A DNA stretch of 64,000 bases, taken from an uncultured bacterium. GTDB lineage: Bacteria > Chloroflexota > Anaerolineae > Anaerolineales > UBA4823. The position numbers and the translations under genes are program-made. The DNA lies in the NCBI GenBank assembly GCA_965603285.1, contig CBFDCK010000002.1, positions 410-64,409 on the forward strand, in the 5' to 3' direction. Of the stretch, positions 10,646 through 21,261 are shown piece after piece. The notes under the pieces are model-generated. The model had not been told where the DNA came from and did no database searches. It saw nothing but the letters and a program-made list of their open reading frames with translations. Each line of letters begins with the position of its first letter. Within the stretch, counting starts at the first letter, position 1.

Positions 10646-10858
10646 CTAAACATCAGCTTTGAATTCGTCTTCTTCCAACCACGATTCATCATCGCCAATT
10701 TCCTTATCTTCCCCGCCATCTAATTCGTCTTCTACATCCTCCCAGCGTTCTTCAACTTCGGTATCAACCGGACTCGTGTAATTCATGCAAACAATATCTG
10801 GAGCATAGCTCAATCGCAGATGCGCCGCAGTATCCATCATCTCATAACACACAATCAA
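10646..10858 (-). CDS. Hypothetical small acidic protein
   Basis: Isolated 70-aa ORF with a highly acidic C-terminal half (EERWEDVEDELDGGEDKEIGDDESWLEEDE). No recognisable family. Confidence 0.3.
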   Translation of the reverse strand: MIVCYEMMDTAAHLRLSYAPDIVCMNYTSPVDTEVEERWEDVEDELDGGEDKEIGDDESWLEEDEFKADV

Positions 10859-11162
10859 TATAATAGCAACGAATTCGGGTCATGACTACATCCTGTATAT
10901 TAAAAAAATTGTTTATAAACAGTCATCTAAAAGCTAGACAGGCAGGCTTGGAAGGGTCGTAATGCTCCTTCAAAGACGTTCCTTGGCAGCATTAACACTA
11001 AGTAGTTGATTTGTATTGATACTCATAAGCTCACAGGATACAATATCAACTAATAATCATATTCTACGACATGGTTTATTGGTAATGCCAGTTGAGTTAT
11101 AGACCCGGAATTGTACCATTTAGAAGGAATGAAACAATAAAATTATTTCCCCCGGTAAATTC

Positions 11163-13406
11163 TCAACCTGGTCTTATGCGTTGTGCCTCCATAACGTTAG
11201 GTAAATTCTCCAAACGATCTAATAAACGACTTAGTTGAAGGATATCATGTACTTCTAGTACTATATCAAATACTGCTAAATTTCGATGTGTCTCCACTTT
11301 TGCCGTTGGCATATTAACACCTTCATCAGCAATTAAAGTGGATACGTCTTTCATTAAACCATCTCTGTCATATGCTTTTATGCGGATTGGGACAGGATAT
11401 GTGCTCTCTTGTTCACCCCACGATACCCGCACCAGGCGTTCCCGGTCACTAATTCGAAGAATATTGGGACAATCTTGCCTGTGAATCGTTGCACCTCGAC
11501 CACGAGTGATATATCCAACTATCTCGTCTCCAGGAGCCGGATTACAGCATCGAGCCAATGAGGTAAATAATCCTTTTATTCCCAAAACATTAACCGAACC
11601 TTCAGTAACGGGTTTGTCCCCTTCAGCTTTCGGTTTAGGTAGTTCCACTTCATCTTCTTTATCGGTTATTGTGAGAAACTTAACTATTCTGGCGACTGGT
11701 AAATCACCTGTACCTAATGCAACGTACAAATCATCTACATTCCGGTATTCGAATTCACTCGCTAAACGTTCTATTCTCACATCTGCTAAACCAAGGCGGC
11801 GCAGTTCTTTTTCCAAAACACCTTTCCCCTGCGCCATATTCTCTTCGCGCGCTTGTTGTTTAAACCACCTGCGAATTTTCGCCCTAGCTCGTTGGGTTTT
11901 CACCAATCCTAAATTAGGATTAAGCCAATCCCTGCTTGGACCTCCTCGTTTTGCTGTTAGTATTTCAACTTTATCCCCCGTCTTCAATTTGTAGTCTAAA
12001 GAGACGAGTTTGCCATTTATTTTTCCTCCCCGGCAGCGGTGCCCTATATCTGTATGTACATGATATGCGAAATCAATTGGTGTGGAATCCACTGGCAAAT
12101 CGATAATGTCACCTTTAGGGGTAAAAATATAGACACGGTCCTCAAATACATCGCTTTTCATACTATCCACAAATTCGCGTCCGTCTTCAACATCCTGGCG
12201 CCATTCCATCAATGAACGTAGCCAATTAATGCGCTTTTCATAATCCTCATCTCTTGCAGCCCCCTCTTTGTAACGCCAATGGGCAGCAATACCGTATTCC
12301 GCATTCTGATTCATTTCCGGTGTTCGTATTTGGATTTCCAGCGTCCTACCATCATCGAAATTCACTGCTGTGTGTAGCGAGCGGTAAAAGTTATCTTTTG
12401 GTGCGGCAATATAATCGTCAAATTCACCCTGAATGGGTCGCCAATGAGCGTGAATAATCCCCAAGGAGGCGTAACACGACGGTATATCAGGGACAATAAT
12501 CCGGACCGCACGAACATCATAGACCATATCGAACGGCACATCCTTACGCATCATTTTCTTAAAAATCGAATAAATATGCTTAGGGCGGGCTGAAATTTCA
12601 GCTTGAATTTCTGCTTGGTGCAGAACTTTTAATAGGTCGTTTTTAATAGATCCCATTTCTCGCTCACGAGATGATCTCAATTCAGCGAGATTATCAGTGA
12701 TTTCCCGATATCTAACTGGGTTCACATAACGAAATCCTAAATCCTCTAATTCCCATTTTATCTGCCAGATACCTAATCGATTTGCTAACGGTGCAAAAAT
12801 ATCCATGGTCTCTTGTGCAATACGAATTCGTTTCTGTTCTGGCATATAACCGAGAGTACGCATATTATGCAAACGGTCTGCAAGCTTGATTAGCACAACC
12901 CGAACATCTTCCCCCATTGCTAAAAAGGTTTTCCGAAGCGTTTCTGATACTAAATCATAGCGTCTGCTTCTATGCAACTTTTCAACTTCTTCGTCAGGAT
13001 TCTTACCTCCCCTCCGGTCAGCTAACTGCCGCTCTTCTTCCTCTCGTTCTTGATCCTCCGGTCTTTGGTCACCGCGTGAAACTCGCGGTAATTGGGTTAA
13101 TTTTGTCACTCCATCTACAAGAAGGGCGATCTCCTTACCAAACTCTCGATCCAAATCCTCCAATGTTATATCTGTATCCTCAACGGTGTCGTGCAGCAGC
13201 CCAGCTGAAACAACAGATGATGGTACACACAACTCTGCAAGTATGGAGGCGACAGATATACAATGATTAATATATGGTTCGCCCGATGCCCGTATTTGTC
13301 CCCTATGCGCATTTTCTGCTACTTGATAAGCGCGTATCACTTGCTCACGATCAGCCTCGCTGTAGTTTTCTGGAAGTGATTTAGTTAAAGTGTCTATGCG
13401 CATCAT
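11163..13406 (-). CDS. rel: Bifunctional (p)ppGpp synthetase/hydrolase (RelA/SpoT homolog)
   Basis: 747 aa. HD hydrolase motifs (HDTVEDT, ADRLHNMRT), a RelA_SpoT synthetase core (YRSLHT), and TGS and ACT-like C-terminal domains. Confidence 0.95.
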   Translation of the reverse strand: MMRIDTLTKSLPENYSEADREQVIRAYQVAENAHRGQIRASGEPYINHCISVASILAELCVPSSVVSAGLLHDTVEDTDITLEDLDREFGKEIALLVDGVTKLTQLPRVSRGDQRPEDQEREEEERQLADRRGGKNPDEEVEKLHRSRRYDLVSETLRKTFLAMGEDVRVVLIKLADRLHNMRTLGYMPEQKRIRIAQETMDIFAPLANRLGIWQIKWELEDLGFRYVNPVRYREITDNLAELRSSREREMGSIKNDLLKVLHQAEIQAEISARPKHIYSIFKKMMRKDVPFDMVYDVRAVRIIVPDIPSCYASLGIIHAHWRPIQGEFDDYIAAPKDNFYRSLHTAVNFDDGRTLEIQIRTPEMNQNAEYGIAAHWRYKEGAARDEDYEKRINWLRSLMEWRQDVEDGREFVDSMKSDVFEDRVYIFTPKGDIIDLPVDSTPIDFAYHVHTDIGHRCRGGKINGKLVSLDYKLKTGDKVEILTAKRGGPSRDWLNPNLGLVKTQRARAKIRRWFKQQAREENMAQGKGVLEKELRRLGLADVRIERLASEFEYRNVDDLYVALGTGDLPVARIVKFLTITDKEDEVELPKPKAEGDKPVTEGSVNVLGIKGLFTSLARCCNPAPGDEIVGYITRGRGATIHRQDCPNILRISDRERLVRVSWGEQESTYPVPIRIKAYDRDGLMKDVSTLIADEGVNMPTAKVETHRNLAVFDIVLEVHDILQLSRLLDRLENLPNVMEAQRIRPG

Positions 13407-13663
13407 ATCTGCTCTTTTTTCTAGTAATAAGTATAACCACGCCCCGCAATTGCATCAAGGTGCATTCACTAATTAATTGATACATATTCATCAATATAGA
13501 AATATCCAAGTCGTTGGGTTGCCACTTAAAGTGAAATTTCATTCCAATAGATCAAATTTCTTCGTTAATGGGTTATTGTCTTTTTTATAAAAATAGTGTA
13601 CAAATAGTAAGAAACAAGATTTGTGTTCATTTGGACTACAGTTATTGCGTATAGGAGATAATC

Positions 13664-14374
13664 ATGAAATATTTAGCGTCCTTCTCACTACTTCTGGCTC
13701 TGCTTGCTTCTCTCGTAGTTACTGCTCCTACCGTAGCAGCACCTCAATCTAGTATAATTCCTACTTTTAAGATCGAAAGTGTTTCGGCTGATAAAACAGT
13801 GACTATACGAACTCAAAATTTTCCTGCCCAAGATAGATTTGTTGTTACGATGGGTACAATGCATACCCGCGGCATCCATGGAATAACAGTCGCCACGGTA
13901 TCATCAAAAGGTGGAGGTACCCTCAAGTATACATTTAAAATTCCTGCCGCATTAAAGGGTTCCTACCAGATCTCCATTAGGATGCAAAGTAACACCGGTT
14001 CAGGTTACTATGCCTATAATTGGTTTTACAACAATACAGCCGGTACAGGAGGAGGGACGCATCATAATAACGGGTATAAGGGAATCCCCACCTTTATGAT
14101 TACAGGCGTGGAAAGAAATAACACTGTAACAATTAAAACACATAACTTGCCACCGAAAGATAAGTTCAAGGTGCTCATGGGTCCAATGGGTACTCAAGGA
14201 GTCAATGGATATCACGTTGACACAATTAATACTGGAAATGGTGGAAGTAAATCTTTTACGTTCAATATACCGCACCAACTTAAAGGTTCATATAAAATAT
14301 CTATCCGCTTACAAAGTGTAACAGGTTCTGGTTATTACGCCTATAACTGGTTTTACAATAACACTACACATTAA
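13664..14374 (+). CDS. Secreted protein made of two ~95-aa internal repeats
   Basis: Signal peptide (LLALLASLVVTAPTVAA). Repeats cover aa 32-125 and 141-234. Each starts IPTF and ends GSGYYAYNWFYNNT. AGGAG RBS. No known family recognised. Confidence 0.7.
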   Translation: MKYLASFSLLLALLASLVVTAPTVAAPQSSIIPTFKIESVSADKTVTIRTQNFPAQDRFVVTMGTMHTRGIHGITVATVSSKGGGTLKYTFKIPAALKGSYQISIRMQSNTGSGYYAYNWFYNNTAGTGGGTHHNNGYKGIPTFMITGVERNNTVTIKTHNLPPKDKFKVLMGPMGTQGVNGYHVDTINTGNGGSKSFTFNIPHQLKGSYKISIRLQSVTGSGYYAYNWFYNNTTH

Positions 14375-14419
14375 ACTTCAAAGGTCAGCAATGACTTGTC
14401 ACATGATGTGTGTCATATT

Positions 14420-14449
14420 GAGCCTGCTTCGAGAAATCAAAGCAGGCTC
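14420..14449 (+). terminator. Candidate intrinsic terminator after the repeat protein
   Basis: Perfect 10-bp stem gagcctgctt/aagcaggctc with a 10-nt loop. The downstream T-tract is weak (ttacattt). Confidence 0.45.
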
Positions 14450-14599
14450 TTACATTTAACTAATCTTACAAAATTCCTGATAAATGTGGTATAAAACCCT
14501 GTCGGCATTTAATTGACTTTTCTAAATTTATGGAACAATCAATTAATTCTCATCCTAAATACGAAAACAAAAAATATCAATCATTGATAAGAGAAGTGG

Positions 14600-15238
14600 A
14601 TGCAAAAAAGAAACAATGAACAATGGCTGTCTGACTTGAGTACTTCTGGTCCGGACCAGGAAGCTGCCCTGCAAGACCTCAGAGCGATTATCGCTAAAGG
14701 CTTGCCTTATGGGGTTGGTAAGTATCTCTCGTCTGACAACCCTCAATTCGAGCCTCTAATTGATGAAGTAGCTCAAGAGACTTTACTACGAGTATTATCG
14801 CGCTTGGACACTTTTGAAGGTCGCAGTCAGTTTACCACCTGGGTGCATAAAATCGCTGTGCGTATCGCCTTGACTGAATTGCGTCGGAGAAAGTGGCGTG
14901 ATGTCTCACTTGACAACATTATTGAAGATCAAACAATATCAGCAGCACCTCGAATTGTAGCCGATTCCTCCCCAAGCCCGGAAACTTCAGTAGAGCAAGC
15001 AGATATGCTTGCCCAAGTTCAACGTTTGATAATGGAAGAACTCACAGATAAGCAGCGACAAGCTATGACCGCAATAAGCATTCAGGGAATGCCAATTGAA
15101 GAGGTTGCTCGTCGGATGAACACAACCCGAAATGCACTCTATAAATTACTACATGACGCACGATTGCGGCTCAAACATCGTATGGCTCAAGAAGGTCTTA
15201 CGCCTGAGGATGTATTAACAATTTTCGAACAAGCGTAA
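14600..15238 (+). CDS. ECF-type RNA polymerase sigma-70 family factor
   Basis: 212 aa with sigma region 2 (FTTWVHKIAVRIALTELRRRKW) and region 4 (LTDKQRQAM...EVARRMNTTRNALYKLLHDAR). Confidence 0.85.
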   Translation: MQKRNNEQWLSDLSTSGPDQEAALQDLRAIIAKGLPYGVGKYLSSDNPQFEPLIDEVAQETLLRVLSRLDTFEGRSQFTTWVHKIAVRIALTELRRRKWRDVSLDNIIEDQTISAAPRIVADSSPSPETSVEQADMLAQVQRLIMEELTDKQRQAMTAISIQGMPIEEVARRMNTTRNALYKLLHDARLRLKHRMAQEGLTPEDVLTIFEQA

Positions 15239-15279
15239 GAATATCACCTCACATCACATCTTAGTATCAGAGGAAAGTT

Positions 15280-15579
15280 ATGGATTGGATTGGATCAATC
15301 ACTCAGAAACTCAGGAATGTATTTAAACCAACCACACAAAATCCCCAGTCTCAAAAAATTATGCTCACAAAACTAATGCATATGGTCGAACAAACGCAAG
15401 AAGAGGAAGATTCTTGCGATGATGTTCTGCAATTACTTGACGAATACGCCGAAATGGTGTCTCATGGTGAAGATGCAGAAAAGATGATGCCTTTAATTAA
15501 ACATCACTTGGATATGTGCCCTGATTGCCGGGAAGAGATCGAATCTCTTCTGTACGTAATACAATCTCAACAAATTTAA
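15280..15579 (+). CDS. Putative anti-sigma factor (zf-HC2-like), soluble
   Basis: 99 aa, directly downstream of the sigma gene. H..CPDC motif (HHLDMCPDCREE). No transmembrane segment. Confidence 0.55.
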   Translation: MDWIGSITQKLRNVFKPTTQNPQSQKIMLTKLMHMVEQTQEEEDSCDDVLQLLDEYAEMVSHGEDAEKMMPLIKHHLDMCPDCREEIESLLYVIQSQQI

Positions 15580-15646
15580 GTTCGCATCTTCTGGTACTAG
15601 TGGAAAAATTGCTATGTAACTAAAAGAAATTACAATATCTATTCTG

Positions 15647-15684
15647 AATCCGATAATCATCGTTTTGTGATATTATCGGATTTT
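15647..15684 (+). terminator. Intrinsic terminator after the sigma/anti-sigma pair
   Basis: 11-bp perfect stem aatccgataat/attatcggatt followed by a T-run. Confidence 0.6.
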
Positions 15685-15730
15685 AATTCCACTATATATC
15701 AACCAAACAGAAATATGAATAGGCTATAAA

Positions 15731-16480
15731 ATGATATTCCCTCAATATGAAGGTAACATACCACAAATATCTACCGATCAGATGGTTGAAGTAGACAGTC
15801 TTATGATCGATGAATATAAAATTGAGCTCGCTCAAATGATGGAAAATGCCGGACGCAATCTTGCACATCTTGCGCGGAAAAGATTCTTCAACGGCAATCC
15901 TCATAATAAGGACGTTGTGATCCTAGCTGGTACTGGAGGTAACGGTGGAGGAGCGCTGGTTTGTGCGCGCCGTTTACATAACTATGGTGCAAAGGTGACG
16001 ATTTTCTTAACAAACAACGAAGATATATTTAAGCCTGTTCCAGCCCACCAATTAGAGATCGCACGCCATATGGGAATACCAATATACCAAACCAATGCAA
16101 TATCTTCGATTAATTCTTCCGATTTAATCATTGACGGAATGATTGGTTATAGCTTAAAAGGCAACCCTCGTGGTGGTGCAGAAAAATTAATACTTTGGGC
16201 GAACTCAAAAAACACCCCAATTCTAGCCCTCGATACACCGTCTGGTCTCGATACTACGACTGGCAAAACCTTCAATCCGGTAATTAGAGCGACAGTAACG
16301 ATGACCCTTGCATTGCCAAAAACCGGACTGCTCTCCAATCATCTGAATGATATAGTCGGCGAGCTTTACCTTGCTGATATCAGTGTCCCACCATCACTTT
16401 ATGCTCTACTTTCTCCACCAATACAGGTTGGGAGTATTTTCGAAAAAAGTGACATTGTTCACATACCAGGAATCAATTAA
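15731..16480 (+). CDS. NAD(P)H-hydrate epimerase (YjeF N-terminal domain family)
   Basis: 249 aa. GTGGNGGGALVCARRL motif and overall YjeF_N/AIBP layout. Confidence 0.75.
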   Translation: MIFPQYEGNIPQISTDQMVEVDSLMIDEYKIELAQMMENAGRNLAHLARKRFFNGNPHNKDVVILAGTGGNGGGALVCARRLHNYGAKVTIFLTNNEDIFKPVPAHQLEIARHMGIPIYQTNAISSINSSDLIIDGMIGYSLKGNPRGGAEKLILWANSKNTPILALDTPSGLDTTTGKTFNPVIRATVTMTLALPKTGLLSNHLNDIVGELYLADISVPPSLYALLSPPIQVGSIFEKSDIVHIPGIN

Positions 16481-16625
16481 CTTCTTCAGTATAATAAGGG
16501 GTACTTATTAACTTCAAGCAAGTTTTTTGCAAAAAAATTTTCGAATCGGGTCAGTGGTAAGTGTTGATACGAGAACTGCGTGATGTGGATGTCCAAGAAC
16601 CCAATAATGATGAGGGACAAAAGTA

Positions 16626-16898
16626 ATGGGACAAGACAATAGCCAGATTAATACTAAGCATATCCCCAAACGACTTGTTATAAATCTGATTATCGAATTC
16701 ATTATATACGGCGGATTAGTCACGCTATATTTTCTGGTAATTCTACGTTATCTCAATGAACCGATAAAAAACCTTTTTGATAATAATCTCACTGTTTATG
16801 CCATTGTTTCACTTATTTTAATCGGTCTTCAAGGGGTGCTATTAGAACGTCTAACCTTTTATGTCCTGGATTGGGTAGGATTGAAACGATTCGAGTAA
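16626..16898 (+). CDS. Small membrane protein (2 predicted TM helices)
   Basis: 90-aa ORF ending 4 nt before the TauE/SafE gene. Has hydrophobic helices but no family recognised. Confidence 0.4.
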   Translation: MGQDNSQINTKHIPKRLVINLIIEFIIYGGLVTLYFLVILRYLNEPIKNLFDNNLTVYAIVSLILIGLQGVLLERLTFYVLDWVGLKRFE

Positions 16899-16902
16899 AC
16901 TG

Positions 16903-17799
16903 ATGGAATTCTTAATATCCGGAGTTACCATCAATCCAATCTTTCTAGCTGGTATTGGATTCCTGGTAGGCATACTAGGTGGTTTTTTCGGAGTCGGCGG
17001 CGGTTTCATCGCAGGTCCACTTATGTTCCTAACCGGTGTGCCAATGAATTTTGTTGTCGGTACAGATTTAGCCCATATGACCGGCAAATCGGTCGTAGCT
17101 GCACGCCGGCATCGGATTTTAGGTCATGTAGATATAAAACTCGGTTTAATAATGGTTGTAGGAACAATAATAGGGGTCGAAGCTGGTGCACAATTGTTTG
17201 AAAGCTTGAAGCAAACAGGACGTGTAGATCAATTCGTCGGTTGGATATATGTGGCTATCATGTTAGTCATCGGTAGTTTTATGTTTATTGAAAGCCTGCG
17301 TGCGACACAAATCATACGTACACAACGAATCTCAGCCAATGAGGCTGTAGGCTTCAAAGGATTATCACAGCGCATTTATGGAATACACATACCGCCAATG
17401 ATCTCGTTTCCTGTGTCAGGTATCCGTTCTATCTCATTATGGACTGTATTACTGGTAGGTTTTATATCAGGTGTTCTGGCAGGTTTTTTAGGCGTAGGTG
17501 GCGGGTTTGTGCGAATGCCTCTGCTGGTATACGTGATAGGCGTTCCAACTCATATAGCTATAGGTACCGATCTTTTTGAAATAATATTCTCAGCTGGTTA
17601 TGGAACCCTTACTCATTCTTTAAAAGGTAATGTAGACATAATGATGGCATTGGTTATGCTCCTCGGGGCGGCGATCGGAGCACAAATAGGTGCCCTCTCG
17701 ACAAGATATTTTACAGGTCCACGTATTCGATTGTTATTTTCTTTTTTACCATTCATAGGAGCGATATTGGTCGCCTACAAATTAGTAAGTGGTAGTTGA
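16903..17799 (+). CDS. TauE/SafE (TSUP) family anion exporter-like membrane protein
   Basis: 298 aa, polytopic, with duplicated GGFFGVGGGF / GFLGVGGGF motifs. Confidence 0.8.
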   Translation: MEFLISGVTINPIFLAGIGFLVGILGGFFGVGGGFIAGPLMFLTGVPMNFVVGTDLAHMTGKSVVAARRHRILGHVDIKLGLIMVVGTIIGVEAGAQLFESLKQTGRVDQFVGWIYVAIMLVIGSFMFIESLRATQIIRTQRISANEAVGFKGLSQRIYGIHIPPMISFPVSGIRSISLWTVLLVGFISGVLAGFLGVGGGFVRMPLLVYVIGVPTHIAIGTDLFEIIFSAGYGTLTHSLKGNVDIMMALVMLLGAAIGAQIGALSTRYFTGPRIRLLFSFLPFIGAILVAYKLVSGS

Positions 17800-17824
17800 T
17801 GTAGACGTCTATTGAGGATTTTGT

Positions 17825-18667
17825 ATGCGTATATTACTTTGTATTAGCAACTTTCCATATGCTACCTCTACTGTAGAATTCGGGAAACTTATTATTAAGG
17901 TACTGCAATCGAAAGCAACAGTAATGTCTGTTCGTTCAGCATCTGAATCCCCACACGTGGGCGAATCGATTCTTAATAACGCATGCAAACTTCTCGACCT
18001 TACTTCGGTTTCAAAACTAATTCGGTATGGTACTCCCGCTGAACAGATCCTGGAAGAAATAAAAAATGGCGATTATGACTTAGTAATAATGGGGGCTCAT
18101 GACCAGCCCTCGTTCGGAGAGCTGTTCTTAGGCTCTGTGTCAAGACGCATTGTCGATCAATCCCCTATCTCAGTTCTTATCGTTAGACAACCAAGTTCGA
18201 ACCTAGATAAGATTCTTGTTCCTATTGCCGGTCGCAAGGCATCAAATCCAACAGTGCAGATGAGCGCAAGACTTGCAAAAGCATTTAATGCCAAAATCAC
18301 ACTCCTACACGTCGTCTCAATGATCCCAAGCATGTATTCTGGAATGGATCGTCTGGATGAAAATCTCTCAGAATTGCTCCAAACTGAAAGCAGAATTGCT
18401 CGCAATATCAGAGATTTTACAAGAATGCTTCGCTCCATCGGCATAGATGCGCATATTGAACTACGTCATGGAACCCCAATTGATGAGATTTTACGCGCTT
18501 TGGAAAAAGACAATTATGCATTACTGGTCATTGGTAGTTCCAAGCATAGCAGATTTAACCGTCTTTTCACAGATGAAATCGCACTCCAAGTAGTCGATCA
18601 TGCTTTCTGCCCAGTATTAGTAATAAAAGAATTGACATCGATATCACCACAGGACAAAGCGGGATGA
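17825..18667 (+). CDS. Tandem universal stress protein (UspA family)
   Basis: 280 aa with two Usp-like halves (DLVIMGAH..GSVS.. and LLVIGSSK). Confidence 0.8.
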   Translation: MRILLCISNFPYATSTVEFGKLIIKVLQSKATVMSVRSASESPHVGESILNNACKLLDLTSVSKLIRYGTPAEQILEEIKNGDYDLVIMGAHDQPSFGELFLGSVSRRIVDQSPISVLIVRQPSSNLDKILVPIAGRKASNPTVQMSARLAKAFNAKITLLHVVSMIPSMYSGMDRLDENLSELLQTESRIARNIRDFTRMLRSIGIDAHIELRHGTPIDEILRALEKDNYALLVIGSSKHSRFNRLFTDEIALQVVDHAFCPVLVIKELTSISPQDKAG

Positions 18668-18721
18668 ATTAATTCCGCCCCACCACTCAGTCTGATAAAA
18701 CCTTCCATTTTATATTTATTT

Positions 18722-20947
18722 TTACGGTTCTGGTGTGGGAGTGTCCGTCACAATAGGTGTAGGTGTTCGAGTAACATTGAACTGTGATTCCCATCGGTAA
18801 AGTTTTTGAGGAGAACCGTAAAAGTACGTCTCTACAATTCTGCGAAAAACTGGAGCTGCATATTCGGAGCCATCGCCGATATTCTCAATCATTACCGCAA
18901 TGGCGATATCAGGTTTATCTTCCTGTTCGGCAAATGAATAACCAGCAAACCAGGAATGCGGTTCCCCTGATCCCGATGTCGCTGTACCTGTCTTACCAGC
19001 AACAGGGAACTCTAATCCAGAAAATGCCCGGAATGCTGTGCCAGGTGGAATTTCACTAGAAACAACACCTACCATCCCCTCTTGTATCGCTTCCAGATTG
19101 ACTTGAGAAACAGGTAGTTCGCCGATTACTTCTGGTTCTAATAAGAAAGTATCATTACCATCTTGTGTCACTATTTTTTCAACAACCTGGGGACGGTATA
19201 AAGTTCCCCCATTTCCTATAGCAGCCATAAAATTTGCTACTTGTAATGGTGTTACCTGTAAATCACCCTGCCCTATTGCCAGATTAATAGCATCCACTTC
19301 ACTTTGTGGATCTGGTACCTGACCGGACTCTTCTTCAATGACATCAATTCCTGTAATGCTTCCTAAACCAAATCCACGCGCCATGTCAGAGATTGCAGTT
19401 GTTAAACCCCGTTTATAAAGATCCAAACCTATATGCCAGAAATAAGGATTGCACGATCTAATCAACCCTCTTACCAGAGTTAAGGTCCCACTAGGACGCG
19501 TCACCCCATCGTTTTGAAAGCGTTCATAAGTCCAGTCATATCTTGGGAAACCAAATAATTCATCAAACACATAACCACATTCGTAAAGAGTATCAGGAGT
19601 ATATACACCACTTTCCAAAGCCGCAGCCATTGTTATCACTTTAAATACAGAACCCAACGGGTATTGACCTTGAGCGGCTCGATTAAAATGTGGGTTATCC
19701 GGGTTACTTGTTATTTCCGAAATTAAGTTACTCCAGTTGATATTCTCAAACTCATATGCGTTCGGATTAAAAGACGGCGAAGAAGCCATCGCTAATAATC
19801 GTCCTGTGTCACGCTCTATGACCACTACAGCGCCACGACGGAAACCGGCAATTGCCTCCTGTGCGGCTTTCTGTAAGTCATAATCGATAGTTGTATAAAT
19901 ATCCTGTCCAGGTTGACTTACCGCAGAACCCATGTCTTTTATTGGTTTTCCATCGCTGTCAAACACGAATAAATCTCCACCGTTTGAGCCGCCTATAATC
20001 GAATTCCCCCATCTCTCGATTCCTTCACGTCCTACTCGCTCGCTGCCTTGATATCCTTGGCTGCGGAATTCTTCAATTTCATCTTCTTGAATTGAGCTGA
20101 CGTATCCAACAATATGTGGTCCAACACCCCCATCTGGATAAAACCGTGAATTATACGATGAAGCAACGATAGCCCCCCAACTTGATAATATATTTAATCG
20201 CGCTGGATCCTCATCAGACGCAACTTCACCCATTGGTAGATACGCACCCGGTAAAGCCTCCTCAATCATTTCCTGGATTACACCAGCCTGTATACCTGTC
20301 ACCCGCGCAAGTAAAGTGACGATTCCAAAATCCTCTTCTAGGTCAATATAATCTGGATATAAACCGATAGCAGTTGCTTCTGTCTGAAGTGCCAGGGGTT
20401 CACCATCGCGGTCATATATGGTTGAACGGGGTGGAATATCATAATCCATTTTGAGATAATTACCATCCGCTAATTCAGGCAGCATCAAGGTATTGTCCCA
20501 TTGAATACGCCATTGTCCACCTTCCAAATCAAGATTCATTGAATAGTCACGAATAATGTCCCCAATAATGGAGCTGTGTAATTTTATTTTATATTCAATT
20601 TTGGAGTTTGCAGTGCTTGTTTCAGAATTAATAATATCGTAATCAAGCTCACTCAACGCAACTTCATTTGATAGTTCTGTGTATTGTTGGACGAATTGTT
20701 CTTCTGTGATCGTTTGTTTTGATGCCGAGGTGAGCGCTCTATACATTTCCTGGTAATCACCCTGCTTCCATGCAAATAAAAATCCCTTTGCAGTTGTTTC
20801 TGCATCTGGTACTGAAGTCGTTATCACCTCAGGTGATGGAAGTGTGTCAGTGACAATAGCAGCAGAAATGGTTTCTTCTCCCGTATTATTACTGCAGCCT
20901 GCTAGCAATAATAGGACTACAATTGTTATGTATTGTTTGATCTTCAT
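18722..20947 (-). CDS. Penicillin-binding protein (class B transpeptidase, PBP2-like) lipoprotein with NTF2-like N-terminal domain
   Basis: 741 aa. Lipobox LLLLAGCS. Transpeptidase motifs SVFK, SCN (RSCNPYF) and KTGT. Confidence 0.85.
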   Translation of the reverse strand: MKIKQYITIVVLLLLAGCSNNTGEETISAAIVTDTLPSPEVITTSVPDAETTAKGFLFAWKQGDYQEMYRALTSASKQTITEEQFVQQYTELSNEVALSELDYDIINSETSTANSKIEYKIKLHSSIIGDIIRDYSMNLDLEGGQWRIQWDNTLMLPELADGNYLKMDYDIPPRSTIYDRDGEPLALQTEATAIGLYPDYIDLEEDFGIVTLLARVTGIQAGVIQEMIEEALPGAYLPMGEVASDEDPARLNILSSWGAIVASSYNSRFYPDGGVGPHIVGYVSSIQEDEIEEFRSQGYQGSERVGREGIERWGNSIIGGSNGGDLFVFDSDGKPIKDMGSAVSQPGQDIYTTIDYDLQKAAQEAIAGFRRGAVVVIERDTGRLLAMASSPSFNPNAYEFENINWSNLISEITSNPDNPHFNRAAQGQYPLGSVFKVITMAAALESGVYTPDTLYECGYVFDELFGFPRYDWTYERFQNDGVTRPSGTLTLVRGLIRSCNPYFWHIGLDLYKRGLTTAISDMARGFGLGSITGIDVIEEESGQVPDPQSEVDAINLAIGQGDLQVTPLQVANFMAAIGNGGTLYRPQVVEKIVTQDGNDTFLLEPEVIGELPVSQVNLEAIQEGMVGVVSSEIPPGTAFRAFSGLEFPVAGKTGTATSGSGEPHSWFAGYSFAEQEDKPDIAIAVMIENIGDGSEYAAPVFRRIVETYFYGSPQKLYRWESQFNVTRTPTPIVTDTPTPEP

Positions 20948-21216
20948 AGGACGATGCTATTCAAATAATAGGAACCTAATTAATATTTCTAGATGGATCC
21001 AATCAGTTTATATCAGATGTGCTAAAAATGTTTACAATATCTCAACGTCCGTATTAAAATAGGCGACGGTGAATCATAAACGATTATACAACCACTTGCA
21101 AGCGCACACTCACAGAATAAGCTATAAATTCATCAATTGCTAATACATATTGATTAAATCATATTTGCCAATCATCGCTTATTATCAAGACGAAGCTATC
21201 GTACTAACCAATTAAC

Positions 21217-21248
21217 AACCTGCCCATCTACATGAGCAGGTTATTTTT
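21217..21248. terminator. Orphan hairpin plus T-tract next to the tRNA-Asp remnant
   Basis: Stem aacctgc/gcaggtt with a 12-nt loop, followed on the + strand by atttttatt. No + strand gene lies upstream. It lies just 3' (minus sense) of the tRNA fragment. Confidence 0.35.
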
Positions 21249-21261
21249 ATTATTTGAAATT

